DNA of 60,948 nt, filler included. It is 5 parts of 5 records of this genome, joined end to end, with 100 filler letters (N's around TTAATTAATTAA, not from the genome) between each part and the next. Parts side by side here need not be neighbours in the genome. Positions count along the whole stretch, not along the records: positions 1 to 17,551 come from SRR31156797_4786; 4 more parts are not named here. The stretch is one strand, 5' to 3'. A model generated the notes under the pieces. It saw only the letters and a list, made by a program, of their open reading frames with translations, did no database searches and was not told where the DNA came from. The position numbers were made by a program, and so were the translations under genes. Shown in pieces: positions 1-9,499 of this stretch. Each line of letters begins with the position of its first letter. Positions within the stretch are counted from its first letter, which is position 1.

Positions 1-176
1 CTTGCGCATTTATTTTTTGCCGAGACCCTTATTTCCAGAACCCCGTCATAAAAACAAGAAATTTAGCCGATACGGTCAGTTCACGGAAAACACCCAACAC
101 TCAAAACCGCGCTTGCCGCTTTTGATCGATAGACGACTCAGCCTCTCAACTATTTGACCAAGCCTGGAGGAATGGC

Positions 177-2243
177 ATGTTAGGCGCTATTTTGGTAATG
201 GGGGCTTTAGGGGTGGTACTGGGCGCTGTTCTGGCCCTGGCTTCAAAAATATTTTATGTCCATGTGGATCCCAAAATAGAAGTCATAGAAGACGCATTGC
301 CCGGCGCCAATTGCGGCGGGTGCGGATTGCCCGGGTGTAAATCCAACGCGGAAGCCATCGCGGCGGGGAAATCCCCGGTCTCATCCTGCGTAATAGGCGG
401 ACCGGATGTAACGGCTGAGATTGCCAAAGCAATGGGTGTTGAAGTCCAGTTGAAAGAGCCTGAAATCGCAAGATCCGGGTGCGGCTACGGGGTTCAGGAT
501 GCAGACGTCAAATACCTGTATCAGGGAATCAAGGATTGTCGGGCCGCAAATCTGCAGGACGGCGGCGCCAAGACATGCCCCATCGGATGTCTGGGTCTGG
601 GCACCTGCGCCAGGGCGTGCCCCTTCGGGGCCATCTCCATGGGCGCCGACAACCTCCCTGTGGTGAACAACCGTCGGTGCACGGGATGCGGCACCTGCGA
701 ACGCGTCTGTCCCAAACACATCATTACCCTCAGTTCCAAATCCGACCGGATAATCGGCGAATACGTTACGGGTGAATGCACCGCCCCTTGCATGAGGAGC
801 TGTCCCACGGGCATCAACATCCCCGCTTTCATTGGGGAAATCCGCAAGCACAACCATGGGGCGGCGCTTGCCATTATCAAAGAGAAATGCCCGCTCCCCC
901 TCATATGCGGATACATATGCCCGGCCCCGTGCGAACTTTCATGCCGGCGAAACCTGATGGATGAACCGGTCGCCATCAATCCGTTGAAACGGTTTGTGGC
1001 GGACCATGGGATGGAAACCGGAAAACAATCAGCCCCTTACAAAGCGCCCGGAAGCGGCCGGAAGATCGCCCTGGTGGGCGGAGGGGCCGAAGGGCTCACT
1101 GTGGGATATTACCTGGCGCGGCTCGGCTACCACCCCACCATATTTGAGGCAAAACCGGAATTGGGAGGCATCTTAAGATATGTGATTGCCGAAGACAGAC
1201 TGCCGCGCAAGGTCCTGGACCATGAAATAGAGGGGATCCTTGAAGCAGGCGTGGAAGCAAAAACCAATATGACCATGGGAAAGGATTTCCATCTGGAATC
1301 CCTGTTTCGGGAGGGTTTTGACGCCATTGCCCTGACAAATGGCGGATTCGACAGCAGACAGATTCTTCAAAGTGATAATGGCGGCCCCTACACACCCTTA
1401 AACGGCGTTTTCACCATGCTGGACTTTATGTCATTTATGTCTGAAGGGAAAGGCTTGGACCTGGACCGACGACGGATCGCCATCATTCATAACGGGCTGG
1501 AAGGCCTCAGTCTGGCCCGTAGATGCATGGATATGGGGGCCATGAAGGTCTCCATTCTCTCCAATTCGGCGGCCCGTGAACTCCCCATTGAACTGCAGGA
1601 TTTTAAAAGGCTGGCCGACGAAGAGATATTCGTCGCGCCTTCAACCATTGTCACGGGCCTCAGGGGCATTTCCGGACGGCTCATAAGGGCCGCATATGAA
1701 GACCCTCACCCGGTTCCCGGAATGGTGAAGGAAAACGGAACCATTCGCACGGATCTACTGGTCATTCCCACAGGGAGAATTCCCGAGTTGGTTTTCGTTC
1801 CAGGGGAAAATCAGCCGGCCCCCCGGGAGGATGAGGTCCCGTGGGAAACCATGGAGACCTTCCGTACTTTTCCGGGAAGAAACGACGGCATATGCACATC
1901 CCCCGAGCCGGGTCGGATCAGCGACTCATCCGCCGTGGTAAAGTCGCTTCTTTCGGGCCGAAGACTCACCAGGGCCATTCACCAGTATTTTACCGGAAAT
2001 TCCATCACCCCCATAGAAGCCCTTGCGTGTGAAAACGACGCCATCTTGGATGTAACCGAAATTCATGATGTGGCCGCCTCCCACAGGGAACGTCCTGAAA
2101 CACAGGATGTGGAAGGCGACAGCAAAACCGCCTGGATCTTTCCGGGTGAATACCCCGGCCTGGATGAGGCCTCTGCCGCAAAAGAGGCTGAACGATGTCT
2201 GAGATGCGGCCTTATCTGTTATAAAAGAGGGGAAAATGCCTGA
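177..2243 (+). CDS. RnfB-like Fe-S protein fused to a GltD/SfrB-like FAD oxidoreductase domain
   Basis: N-terminal TM helix, LPGANCGGCGLPGC (RnfB FeS), 4Fe-4S motifs (CLGLGTCARACP, CTGCGTCERVCP), GltD Fe-S (CMRSCP...CGYICPAPCELSC), Rossmann GGGAEG, C-terminal EAERCLRC; GGAGG RBS upstream. Confidence 0.85.
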   Translation: MLGAILVMGALGVVLGAVLALASKIFYVHVDPKIEVIEDALPGANCGGCGLPGCKSNAEAIAAGKSPVSSCVIGGPDVTAEIAKAMGVEVQLKEPEIARSGCGYGVQDADVKYLYQGIKDCRAANLQDGGAKTCPIGCLGLGTCARACPFGAISMGADNLPVVNNRRCTGCGTCERVCPKHIITLSSKSDRIIGEYVTGECTAPCMRSCPTGINIPAFIGEIRKHNHGAALAIIKEKCPLPLICGYICPAPCELSCRRNLMDEPVAINPLKRFVADHGMETGKQSAPYKAPGSGRKIALVGGGAEGLTVGYYLARLGYHPTIFEAKPELGGILRYVIAEDRLPRKVLDHEIEGILEAGVEAKTNMTMGKDFHLESLFREGFDAIALTNGGFDSRQILQSDNGGPYTPLNGVFTMLDFMSFMSEGKGLDLDRRRIAIIHNGLEGLSLARRCMDMGAMKVSILSNSAARELPIELQDFKRLADEEIFVAPSTIVTGLRGISGRLIRAAYEDPHPVPGMVKENGTIRTDLLVIPTGRIPELVFVPGENQPAPREDEVPWETMETFRTFPGRNDGICTSPEPGRISDSSAVVKSLLSGRRLTRAIHQYFTGNSITPIEALACENDAILDVTEIHDVAASHRERPETQDVEGDSKTAWIFPGEYPGLDEASAAKEAERCLRCGLICYKRGENA

Positions 2244-5151
2244 AAACACCATCACCGTTGATGGCCGTCAACTGGGGTTTGAAACCGAAGAGACCATCCT
2301 TGAGGCCGCCAGGCGAAATGGGATCTTTATCCCCACCCTCTGCAACATCAAAGGGGCCCCGCCCACGGGAGCATGCAGAATTTGCGTGGTTGAGGTTGAA
2401 GGCGCGCGCACCCTTCTACCTGCCTGTGCCACCCCTGCAGCGTCAAAAATGGTGGTCCACACCCATTCTCCTTCCGCCATAGAGGCGAGAAAGACAGTGA
2501 TCGCCCTGCTCCTTCAGTCCGGAAACCATAATTGCGCCATTGCCGCCAACAGGGACCAGGACTGGACCTCCTTCCAACAGCAGGTGCAACGCTACGACCG
2601 GGAAAAGAACCTGTGCCCGGCCCACAGCGCCTGCAACCTGCAGGCCTATGCCTACCGGTATCAGGTGGACACAACCGGTCTGGTAAGGGCTGAATGCGAC
2701 TACCCCATGGAGATGGCAAGCCCCCTCATCGCCCGGGATTTCTCCCGGTGCATCCTTTGCGGCCGATGTGTGGAGGCCTGCAACAGCATCCAGGTGAACA
2801 ACGCCATCAGCCACGGTTTCAGGGGGGCCAAAGCCAAGATCGTCGCCATGGGGGACGACAACCTTGTACGCTCCGATTGTGTTTTCTGCGGGGAGTGTAT
2901 CCAGGCATGCCCGGTTGCCGCATTGGTTGAACGAAAGAGCCTCTATAAAATACGGCCGTGGGAGGCCCGCCATGTGAGGACCACCTGTCACTATTGCGGT
3001 GTGGGGTGCCAGCTGGATCTACATATCAAAAACGACAGGATAATGAAGGTCACCGGTGTTGAAAACGGCCGCCCCAACCAAGGAAGACTCTGCATCAAGG
3101 GACGGTTCGGCTACGATTTCGTACAGAGTCCCGAACGGCTGAGCGTCCCCATGATCAGAGTAAACGGAAAATTGAGAGATGCATCCTGGGATGAAGCCCT
3201 TGACCTGGTATCAAGAAAAATAATTGAGGTGGTTCAAACAGAGGGACCCGAGGCCGTTGCCGGCATCTGTTCCGCCAAATCCACCAATGAGGCACTTTAC
3301 CTGATGCAGAAACTTTTCCGCACCGGCATCGGCACCAACAACCTGGCCTCGCCCTTTGCGGCAGCCGGCCTGAACAACCCACTGCGGGAATTGGAAAAAG
3401 CCGGGCGCATCATCCTGATCGGATCCGATATCACCGAAGAAAACCCGGTGGCGGGGACCTTTATCAAACGAGCGGTCAAAAGGGGATGCAAGTTAATCGT
3501 GGCCGACTCCCGCACCACCCGGATCGCGGGTTTCGCCACCCTCCATCTATTGCTGAAGGCAGGCTCCGAGTCGGTCATGGTCAACGGCATCATCCAGGCT
3601 CTGATCGCGCGGGGCCGCAAATGCTCGGACGCCATACGGGAGATCGCGTCCAGTTTTTCCATGGATAAGGTGGTGGAAGCCACCGGTCTTTCCAAGGAGG
3701 ACTTGGGGGCTTGCGTGGACATCCTCCATAGCCACGAACCGGTCATGCTGGTTTACGGATCAAGGGTCGCATCCTTTGCAAGAACCTTTGTCCGATTGCA
3801 GGAAGTCCTGGGCAGCCTGGGGGTCGAATCCGGCGGGGTCAACTATCTGGGCGATCTCAACAACTCCCAAGGGGCCTGCGACATGGGTTTCCTTCCCACA
3901 TTGCTTCCGGGCTATCAAATGGTCGACCATGAGACCGCCCGCAAACCCTATGAAGACGCCTGGGGCGTTGAACTTCCCAAAAGGCCGGGGCTTACCTTTC
4001 AGCAGATGGTCAGAAACATGGGGGGCGCACCGGGCGAAGGGGAAAAAAGGATCCGGCTGTTATATTGTGTGGGTGAAAATCTCTTCATCGGCAGGCCGGC
4101 CATGCCGGACATTGCGGATGCCCTGGAAAAGATCGACTTCCTGGTGGTTCAGGACATCCTCAACAATGAAACCCTGTCTCATGCGGATGTGGTTCTCCCC
4201 GCCGCCGCCTGGTCGGAGGAGACCGGCACCTACACAAATTGCGAGCGCAGGGTCAGCCTCATGCGCAAAGCCGTCTCCAGCCCGGGCGAGGCCAGGCCCG
4301 AATCCTGGATCTTCACCCGTCTGGCCAATGGTCTGGGCCTTGATTGGGAGGATGAAACCAGCCGGAACATCTGGGAAAATGAAATCATTAAGCGGATCCC
4401 ATTCCTCGGGGAAATCACATACGACCGTCTGGAGCACGGGGGCATCCGTTGGTCCCTGCCCGATCCGAAATCCCTGGGGATCACGGATTTTACAGACGTC
4501 AAATCGCCGCTGCGCCGGCCGGGATGGACATCCTTCAACTACCATCACCGCACCCTCCTGGAACAGTGCCAAGGGCTTCTGGAATCGATCCCCCATACCC
4601 GGTGGACGGTCGATTTTGAACCCCCCGGCGACCCGGAAGAGGTGAAAGAGTCATTCATCCGGTTCCTGGAAGAAGAAGAGAAACCGGAAGCAGGGGAGGA
4701 GATCGACGGTATTCTGGCCGCTTACAGGGGCCATCGGGGAGGGCTGATCCCCGTGCTTCAGCAGGTCCAGGGGATCTTGGGGTTTCTCCCCATCGCCGTC
4801 CAGCACTATATCGCTCTGGGGTTGCAGTTGCCGTCATCGGATGTGTTCGGGGTTGTTTCGTTCTATTCGTTCTTCACCATGGTCCCTCGGGGCAGACATA
4901 TCATCCGGATCTGTCTGGGAACGGCATGTTTTGTAAAGGGCGCCGGAAAACTCCTGGAGGGTCTCACACGCCATCTCAATGTGGATGTGGGAGAGACCAC
5001 CGACGACAGGGAATACTCCCTTGAGGTGGTAAGGTGTATAGGGGCCTGCGGCCTGGCCCCGGTCATGATCGTCGATGAGGAAACCCACGGCCGGGTTGAC
5101 CCATCGGAAATCATTCAAGCCGTAGAGGCCGTCAGAGGAGAAACAGTGTAA
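2236..5151 (+). CDS. FdhA/SfrA-like Fe-S molybdopterin-fold protein lacking the catalytic Cys/Sec, fused to a C-terminal NuoE-like 2Fe-2S domain
   Basis: 2Fe-2S (CRICVV), CILCGRC, CVFCGEC, TTCHYCGVGC, LCIKGRFG; C-terminal LIPVLQQVQ...SFYSFF...ICLGTAC...CIGACGLAP is the NuoE signature. Confidence 0.85.
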   Translation: MPENTITVDGRQLGFETEETILEAARRNGIFIPTLCNIKGAPPTGACRICVVEVEGARTLLPACATPAASKMVVHTHSPSAIEARKTVIALLLQSGNHNCAIAANRDQDWTSFQQQVQRYDREKNLCPAHSACNLQAYAYRYQVDTTGLVRAECDYPMEMASPLIARDFSRCILCGRCVEACNSIQVNNAISHGFRGAKAKIVAMGDDNLVRSDCVFCGECIQACPVAALVERKSLYKIRPWEARHVRTTCHYCGVGCQLDLHIKNDRIMKVTGVENGRPNQGRLCIKGRFGYDFVQSPERLSVPMIRVNGKLRDASWDEALDLVSRKIIEVVQTEGPEAVAGICSAKSTNEALYLMQKLFRTGIGTNNLASPFAAAGLNNPLRELEKAGRIILIGSDITEENPVAGTFIKRAVKRGCKLIVADSRTTRIAGFATLHLLLKAGSESVMVNGIIQALIARGRKCSDAIREIASSFSMDKVVEATGLSKEDLGACVDILHSHEPVMLVYGSRVASFARTFVRLQEVLGSLGVESGGVNYLGDLNNSQGACDMGFLPTLLPGYQMVDHETARKPYEDAWGVELPKRPGLTFQQMVRNMGGAPGEGEKRIRLLYCVGENLFIGRPAMPDIADALEKIDFLVVQDILNNETLSHADVVLPAAAWSEETGTYTNCERRVSLMRKAVSSPGEARPESWIFTRLANGLGLDWEDETSRNIWENEIIKRIPFLGEITYDRLEHGGIRWSLPDPKSLGITDFTDVKSPLRRPGWTSFNYHHRTLLEQCQGLLESIPHTRWTVDFEPPGDPEEVKESFIRFLEEEEKPEAGEEIDGILAAYRGHRGGLIPVLQQVQGILGFLPIAVQHYIALGLQLPSSDVFGVVSFYSFFTMVPRGRHIIRICLGTACFVKGAGKLLEGLTRHLNVDVGETTDDREYSLEVVRCIGACGLAPVMIVDEETHGRVDPSEIIQAVEAVRGETV

Positions 5152-5170
5152 CGGGGAATCGGAGGCGACA

Positions 5171-5512
5171 ATGACGCTTGGTGAAATCGTCAAGGAATTA
5201 CGGTTGGTTGTCAAGACGGGAGAACATCTCCTCCATAAAGAGGTTAAGAGGGGATATATCAGTGATCTCATGAGCGATGTCATGGCCAACGCCCGTGAGG
5301 AGGATCTGTGGCTCACCCTTCAGATCCATCAAAACATAGTGGCCGTGGCGGTCATGAAGTCCCTCTCGGGCATCATCCTCACGGGCGGGCGGGAACCTGA
5401 AAAGGCGACACGGCAGAAAGCCGAAGCCGAAGGGATCCCCATCATGGTGGCGCATATGCCTGCATTTGATTTGGTGGGAAGACTTATTGCCCTGGGGATT
5501 TCCGGGAGTTGA
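5171..5512 (+). CDS. DRTGG domain protein
   Basis: GYISDLMSDVM...LWLT.Q.HQNIVAVA...IILTGG pattern of small DRTGG proteins. Confidence 0.8.
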   Translation: MTLGEIVKELRLVVKTGEHLLHKEVKRGYISDLMSDVMANAREEDLWLTLQIHQNIVAVAVMKSLSGIILTGGREPEKATRQKAEAEGIPIMVAHMPAFDLVGRLIALGISGS

Positions 5513-6117
5513 CATTGGTGATGCGGGATCTCTCACTTCACATATTGGACATTGCGGAAAACGCAACGCGGGCCGGCGCCACCCTCATTGAAATAGATAT
5601 TTCAGAGGATCTGAAAAAAGACCGCCTGAAAATAACCGTTCAAGACAACGGCCGTGGAATGGATGCGGAAATGCTGAAAAAGGCCACGGACCCGTTTGTG
5701 ACCACACGAACCGACCGGCGTGTGGGCATGGGACTCCCGTTGCTGAAACAGGCCGCAAAAGAGACGGGAGGCGATCTTTCCATAACATCCGAACCGGGCA
5801 AGGGAACCAAGGTGGTGGCGATCTTTCGGGAAAGCCATGTGGACCGTCGACCGTTGGGCCGTATGGGTGCCACCCTGACAACGCTCATTATGGGAAACCC
5901 GGACCTGGACTTCGTTTATACCTCCCGCCTTTGCGGCCAAGAGATAGAGGTGGATACCCGGTCTTTACGGAGGGAACTGAACGGAAGGTTGCGCATCAAT
6001 GATCCGCCCGTTATTCGGCTGATTCAAGACCTCTTTAAAGAAGGGGGAAGGGACCGGCATCTTCAATCCCGGCAGTGGGGAAACAAAAATGGCGAAACTC
6101 AAAGTAGAAGACCTTAA
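5509..6117 (+). CDS. HATPase_c (GHKL) ATP-binding protein, Ser/Thr kinase-like; likely start at ATG 5521
   Basis: MRDLSLHILDIAENA, DNGRGM, DPFVTT...GMGL, S.PGKGT. Confidence 0.8.
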   Translation: MTLVMRDLSLHILDIAENATRAGATLIEIDISEDLKKDRLKITVQDNGRGMDAEMLKKATDPFVTTRTDRRVGMGLPLLKQAAKETGGDLSITSEPGKGTKVVAIFRESHVDRRPLGRMGATLTTLIMGNPDLDFVYTSRLCGQEIEVDTRSLRRELNGRLRINDPPVIRLIQDLFKEGGRDRHLQSRQWGNKNGETQSRRP

Positions 6118-6472
6118 AAGGATCAAGGCGTCCATGAGAGGAACGGTGAACCTCAGGGAAGGGGCATACCGCGTCAAGGTGACGGTTCACATGGGGACCT
6201 GCGGCATTGCGGCAGGCGCCAGAACACTCATGGGTGCACTCCTTGACAAGCTGGAAAAAAGCGGGGCCGCCGACATCATTCTGACCTCTTCGGGGTGCGC
6301 GGGACTGTGCAATCATGAACCGATGATAACCGTCGAGGCAAAGGGCTCGGCCCCGGTGAAATATGTGAACCTCGACCCGGAAAAAGTCATCACAATCTTT
6401 GATGAACATGTGTTGGGAGACCGTCCGGTTGCCGAATATGCCCTTTCCATGGGGAGCGAAACCACCTATTAG
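6089..6472 (+). CDS. Thioredoxin-like 2Fe-2S ferredoxin (HndB-like subunit)
   Basis: VHMGTCGIAAGA...SGCAGLC..EP. Confidence 0.85.
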   Translation: MAKLKVEDLKRIKASMRGTVNLREGAYRVKVTVHMGTCGIAAGARTLMGALLDKLEKSGAADIILTSSGCAGLCNHEPMITVEAKGSAPVKYVNLDPEKVITIFDEHVLGDRPVAEYALSMGSETTY

Positions 6473-6499
6473 AAATTCCGGTTTGACGAGGCGGCTTTT

Positions 6500-9463
6500 A
6501 TGGAAAAAAAGCATCGCGTTCACCTGATGATATGTGCGGGAACCAGCTGCGTATCGAGCGGTTCACTTGACGTGAGAGACGCTCTGGTGGAGGAGATTCA
6601 CAAAAACCGCCTTCAGGACGAAGTTTTTGTTGCCGCAACCGGCTGCAACGGCTTCTGCGCCGCCGGGCCGTTGATGATCGCCTACCCGGACAAGGTATTT
6701 TACCAGAAACTCAACGTGGCGGATGTCCCGTATTTTGTCGAAGAATACCTTATCAAAGGGCGCGTGGTACAAAAACATCTCTTTGAAAGTCCCGAATCGG
6801 CCCAAGCCATTCCAAAAATCTCCGAGATAGGGTTTTTCAGCCGGCAGGTTCTGGTTGCCTTGAAGAACAGGGGGCTGATCGATCCGGACAACATCGATGA
6901 ATATATTGCCCGCGATGGATATATGGGGGCCGCCAAGGCCCTGCTGGAAATGTCGCCCGAAGAAATCGTTAACGAAATGAAGACGTCCGGTCTCAGGGGT
7001 CGCGGCGGGGCGGGCTTTCCCACGGGCCTGAAGTGGCAGTTTTGCGCGGCAGCCCCGGGAAATCCCAAGTATATGCTCTGCAATGCGGACGAGGGGGACC
7101 CCGGCGCCTTCATGGACCGTTCCATCCTGGAGAGCGACCCGCACGCCGTGTTGGAAGGGATGATCATCGGTGCAAAGGCCATTGGGGCTCACCATGGGTA
7201 TATCTACGTGCGCGCCGAATACCCCCTGGCCATCAAGCGTCTTCAAACCGCCATGGCACAGGCCAAGGCCTATGGCCTTCTGGGTGAGGATATCCTGGGT
7301 TCGGGATTCCACATGGACATCGATCTCTACTTCGGCGCAGGCGCCTTTGTGTGCGGGGAAGAGACAGCCCTCATGCGCTCCATTGAGGGGCAAAGGGGCA
7401 TGCCCAGGCCCAGGCCCCCTTTTCCCGCCAACAAGGGCCTTTGGGACAAGCCCTCGGTCCTGAACAATGTGGAGACCCTGGCCAATATCCCGCAGATCAT
7501 CTACCGGGGGGCTAACTGGTTCAACCGCCTGGGGACGGAGAAGAGCACCGGCACCAAGGTGTTTGCCCTGAGCGGCCGCGTCAACAATATCGGCCTCATT
7601 GAAGTACCCATGGGAACGCCCTTAAGATCCATCATCCATGACATCGGCGGGGGCATACAGGACGGGGGAAAATTCAAGGCCGTACAACTGGGCGGTCCTT
7701 CCGGAGGTTGCATCCCCGCAAACCTGCTGGATACCCCCGTGGATTATGAAAACATCGCCAGGACCGGCGCCATAGTGGGATCGGGCGGAATGGTGGTCAT
7801 GGATGAAACATCCTGCATGGTGGATGTGTCCCGATTCTTCCTGGAGTTTACCACGGACGAATCGTGCGGCAAATGCACCCCCTGCCGTGAAGGGAGCAGG
7901 CAACTCCTTTGGATACTGGAGAGAATCTGCCGGGGGGAAGGGGTTCCGGAAGATCTTGAGCGTCTTTTGAAGCTGGCCAAGGTCCTGCAATCCGCTTCCC
8001 TCTGCGGGCTGGGACAAACCGTTCCCAATCCCGTATTGAGCACCCTCCGATACTTCCGGCATGAATACGAGGCCCATATTTTCCACAAACATTGTCCCAC
8101 CGGCACCTGCAAGCGGTTGAGTGCTCCGCCGTGCCAGCGGGCATGCCCCGCGGGCCAGGATGCAGCAACCTATATAGCCCTCATGGGGCAGGGTGAAATG
8201 GAAAAGGCGTGGGACATCATCCGCAAGGAGAACCCCCTCCCCATGGTTCTCGGCCGCGTCTGTCTCCATCCGTGCGAGAGCGACTGCAAACGGGGGGAAA
8301 CCGATGAACCGATCGCCATCTGTTCCTTGAAGCGGTTTGCAGCGGACAGCATGCGCCACAGGCTCAAGGAAATCGAGAGTGTTCCGGTCCTCTTCCCCCA
8401 TGATAAGGTGGCGGTTATAGGCTCCGGACCCTCGGGCCTCACCGTGGCTCACGATCTCGCCTTGAAAGGATATCCCACAACAATCTTTGAGCAATCCCAC
8501 ACGGCGGGCGGAATGCTTCAAGCGGGTATCCCCGAAGATCGGCTTCCGAGAGACATCGTAGCCGATGATATAGACGGCATAAAACGTCTGGGGGTCCAAT
8601 TCCGTTGTAACGTCCGCGTGGGGTGCGACATCACCTTTGAGCAGCTCAAAGAAGAAGGATATAAGGCGTTTTTCCTAGGGATAGGCGCCCACAAGGGGAT
8701 GTGGATCCCAATCCCCGGAGGGATAGGGGTAGGGTGGATGGGACGACGCCCGGCGGATCTCCCTTACGGGACCCTCGATCTCACCCATGGCAAGGCCCTG
8801 GGGTATAAGGTGTGTGTTATCGGCGGCGGAGCGCCGGCCCTTAGCACGGCCCGCACCTTTCGACGCCAAGGCGCAGGCCCGGTTCATTTGGTCAGCCCGT
8901 ACCCCGGGGAACGGATGCCCGCAGATCCAGCGCATATTGAAACGGCCCTGGGAGAGGGGGTCCACATCCATTTTATGACTTTGCCCATGCGTATCCTCGG
9001 TGAGGAGGGGGTTCGGGGGATCGAATGCATCCGCAAGGAAACGGGGGAGAAATTTGTAATCGATTGCCACCTGGTTGTCCCTGCAATCCTGCATGAACCG
9101 GATCCTTTCTTCCTCCGCGAGAATGCCAGGTTCGAGGTAAGCCGGCGGAATCCCCTGATTTTGGATGACCATACCCTTGAAACGAACATCCCCGGCCTTT
9201 TTGCCGGGGGCGACGCGGTCACCGGGCCGGCCACCGTGGTCCAGGCGGTGGGAGCGGGACACAGGGCAGCGGTTTCAATGGACTGTTACCTTCGCAATAA
9301 ACCCTTTAAGGGTTATTGGCATCCAAAACCGCATTTGGTGGTAGAGAGACTGGCGTTGACCCAAGAGGACGAAACCCTTCAACGACCCAAACTGCTCGAC
9401 CTTGGCCTTGATGAACCGACCGCTTTGGCCGAAACGCGACGTTGTCTCCGCTGTGATCTCTGA
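6500..9463 (+). CDS. NuoF/HydB-like NADH-binding flavoprotein fused to a GltD-like domain
   Basis: N-terminal 2Fe-2S, SGLRGRGGAGFP, CNADEGDPG, GAGAFVCGEETAL, ESCGKCTPCR, followed by PPCQRACP, GSGPSG, FAGGDAVTGP. Confidence 0.9.
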   Translation: MEKKHRVHLMICAGTSCVSSGSLDVRDALVEEIHKNRLQDEVFVAATGCNGFCAAGPLMIAYPDKVFYQKLNVADVPYFVEEYLIKGRVVQKHLFESPESAQAIPKISEIGFFSRQVLVALKNRGLIDPDNIDEYIARDGYMGAAKALLEMSPEEIVNEMKTSGLRGRGGAGFPTGLKWQFCAAAPGNPKYMLCNADEGDPGAFMDRSILESDPHAVLEGMIIGAKAIGAHHGYIYVRAEYPLAIKRLQTAMAQAKAYGLLGEDILGSGFHMDIDLYFGAGAFVCGEETALMRSIEGQRGMPRPRPPFPANKGLWDKPSVLNNVETLANIPQIIYRGANWFNRLGTEKSTGTKVFALSGRVNNIGLIEVPMGTPLRSIIHDIGGGIQDGGKFKAVQLGGPSGGCIPANLLDTPVDYENIARTGAIVGSGGMVVMDETSCMVDVSRFFLEFTTDESCGKCTPCREGSRQLLWILERICRGEGVPEDLERLLKLAKVLQSASLCGLGQTVPNPVLSTLRYFRHEYEAHIFHKHCPTGTCKRLSAPPCQRACPAGQDAATYIALMGQGEMEKAWDIIRKENPLPMVLGRVCLHPCESDCKRGETDEPIAICSLKRFAADSMRHRLKEIESVPVLFPHDKVAVIGSGPSGLTVAHDLALKGYPTTIFEQSHTAGGMLQAGIPEDRLPRDIVADDIDGIKRLGVQFRCNVRVGCDITFEQLKEEGYKAFFLGIGAHKGMWIPIPGGIGVGWMGRRPADLPYGTLDLTHGKALGYKVCVIGGGAPALSTARTFRRQGAGPVHLVSPYPGERMPADPAHIETALGEGVHIHFMTLPMRILGEEGVRGIECIRKETGEKFVIDCHLVVPAILHEPDPFFLRENARFEVSRRNPLILDDHTLETNIPGLFAGGDAVTGPATVVQAVGAGHRAAVSMDCYLRNKPFKGYWHPKPHLVVERLALTQEDETLQRPKLLDLGLDEPTALAETRRCLRCDL

Positions 9464-9499
9464 AGTGTTTATGGTTTTTGACCTATTTGGGGAGATATT

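Noticed and set aside
3776-4645. Long alternative-frame and antisense ORFs across contig 1 (also 6563-7393, 7622-8599)
   Set aside because: They overlap well-supported genes in GC-rich DNA and carry no motifs
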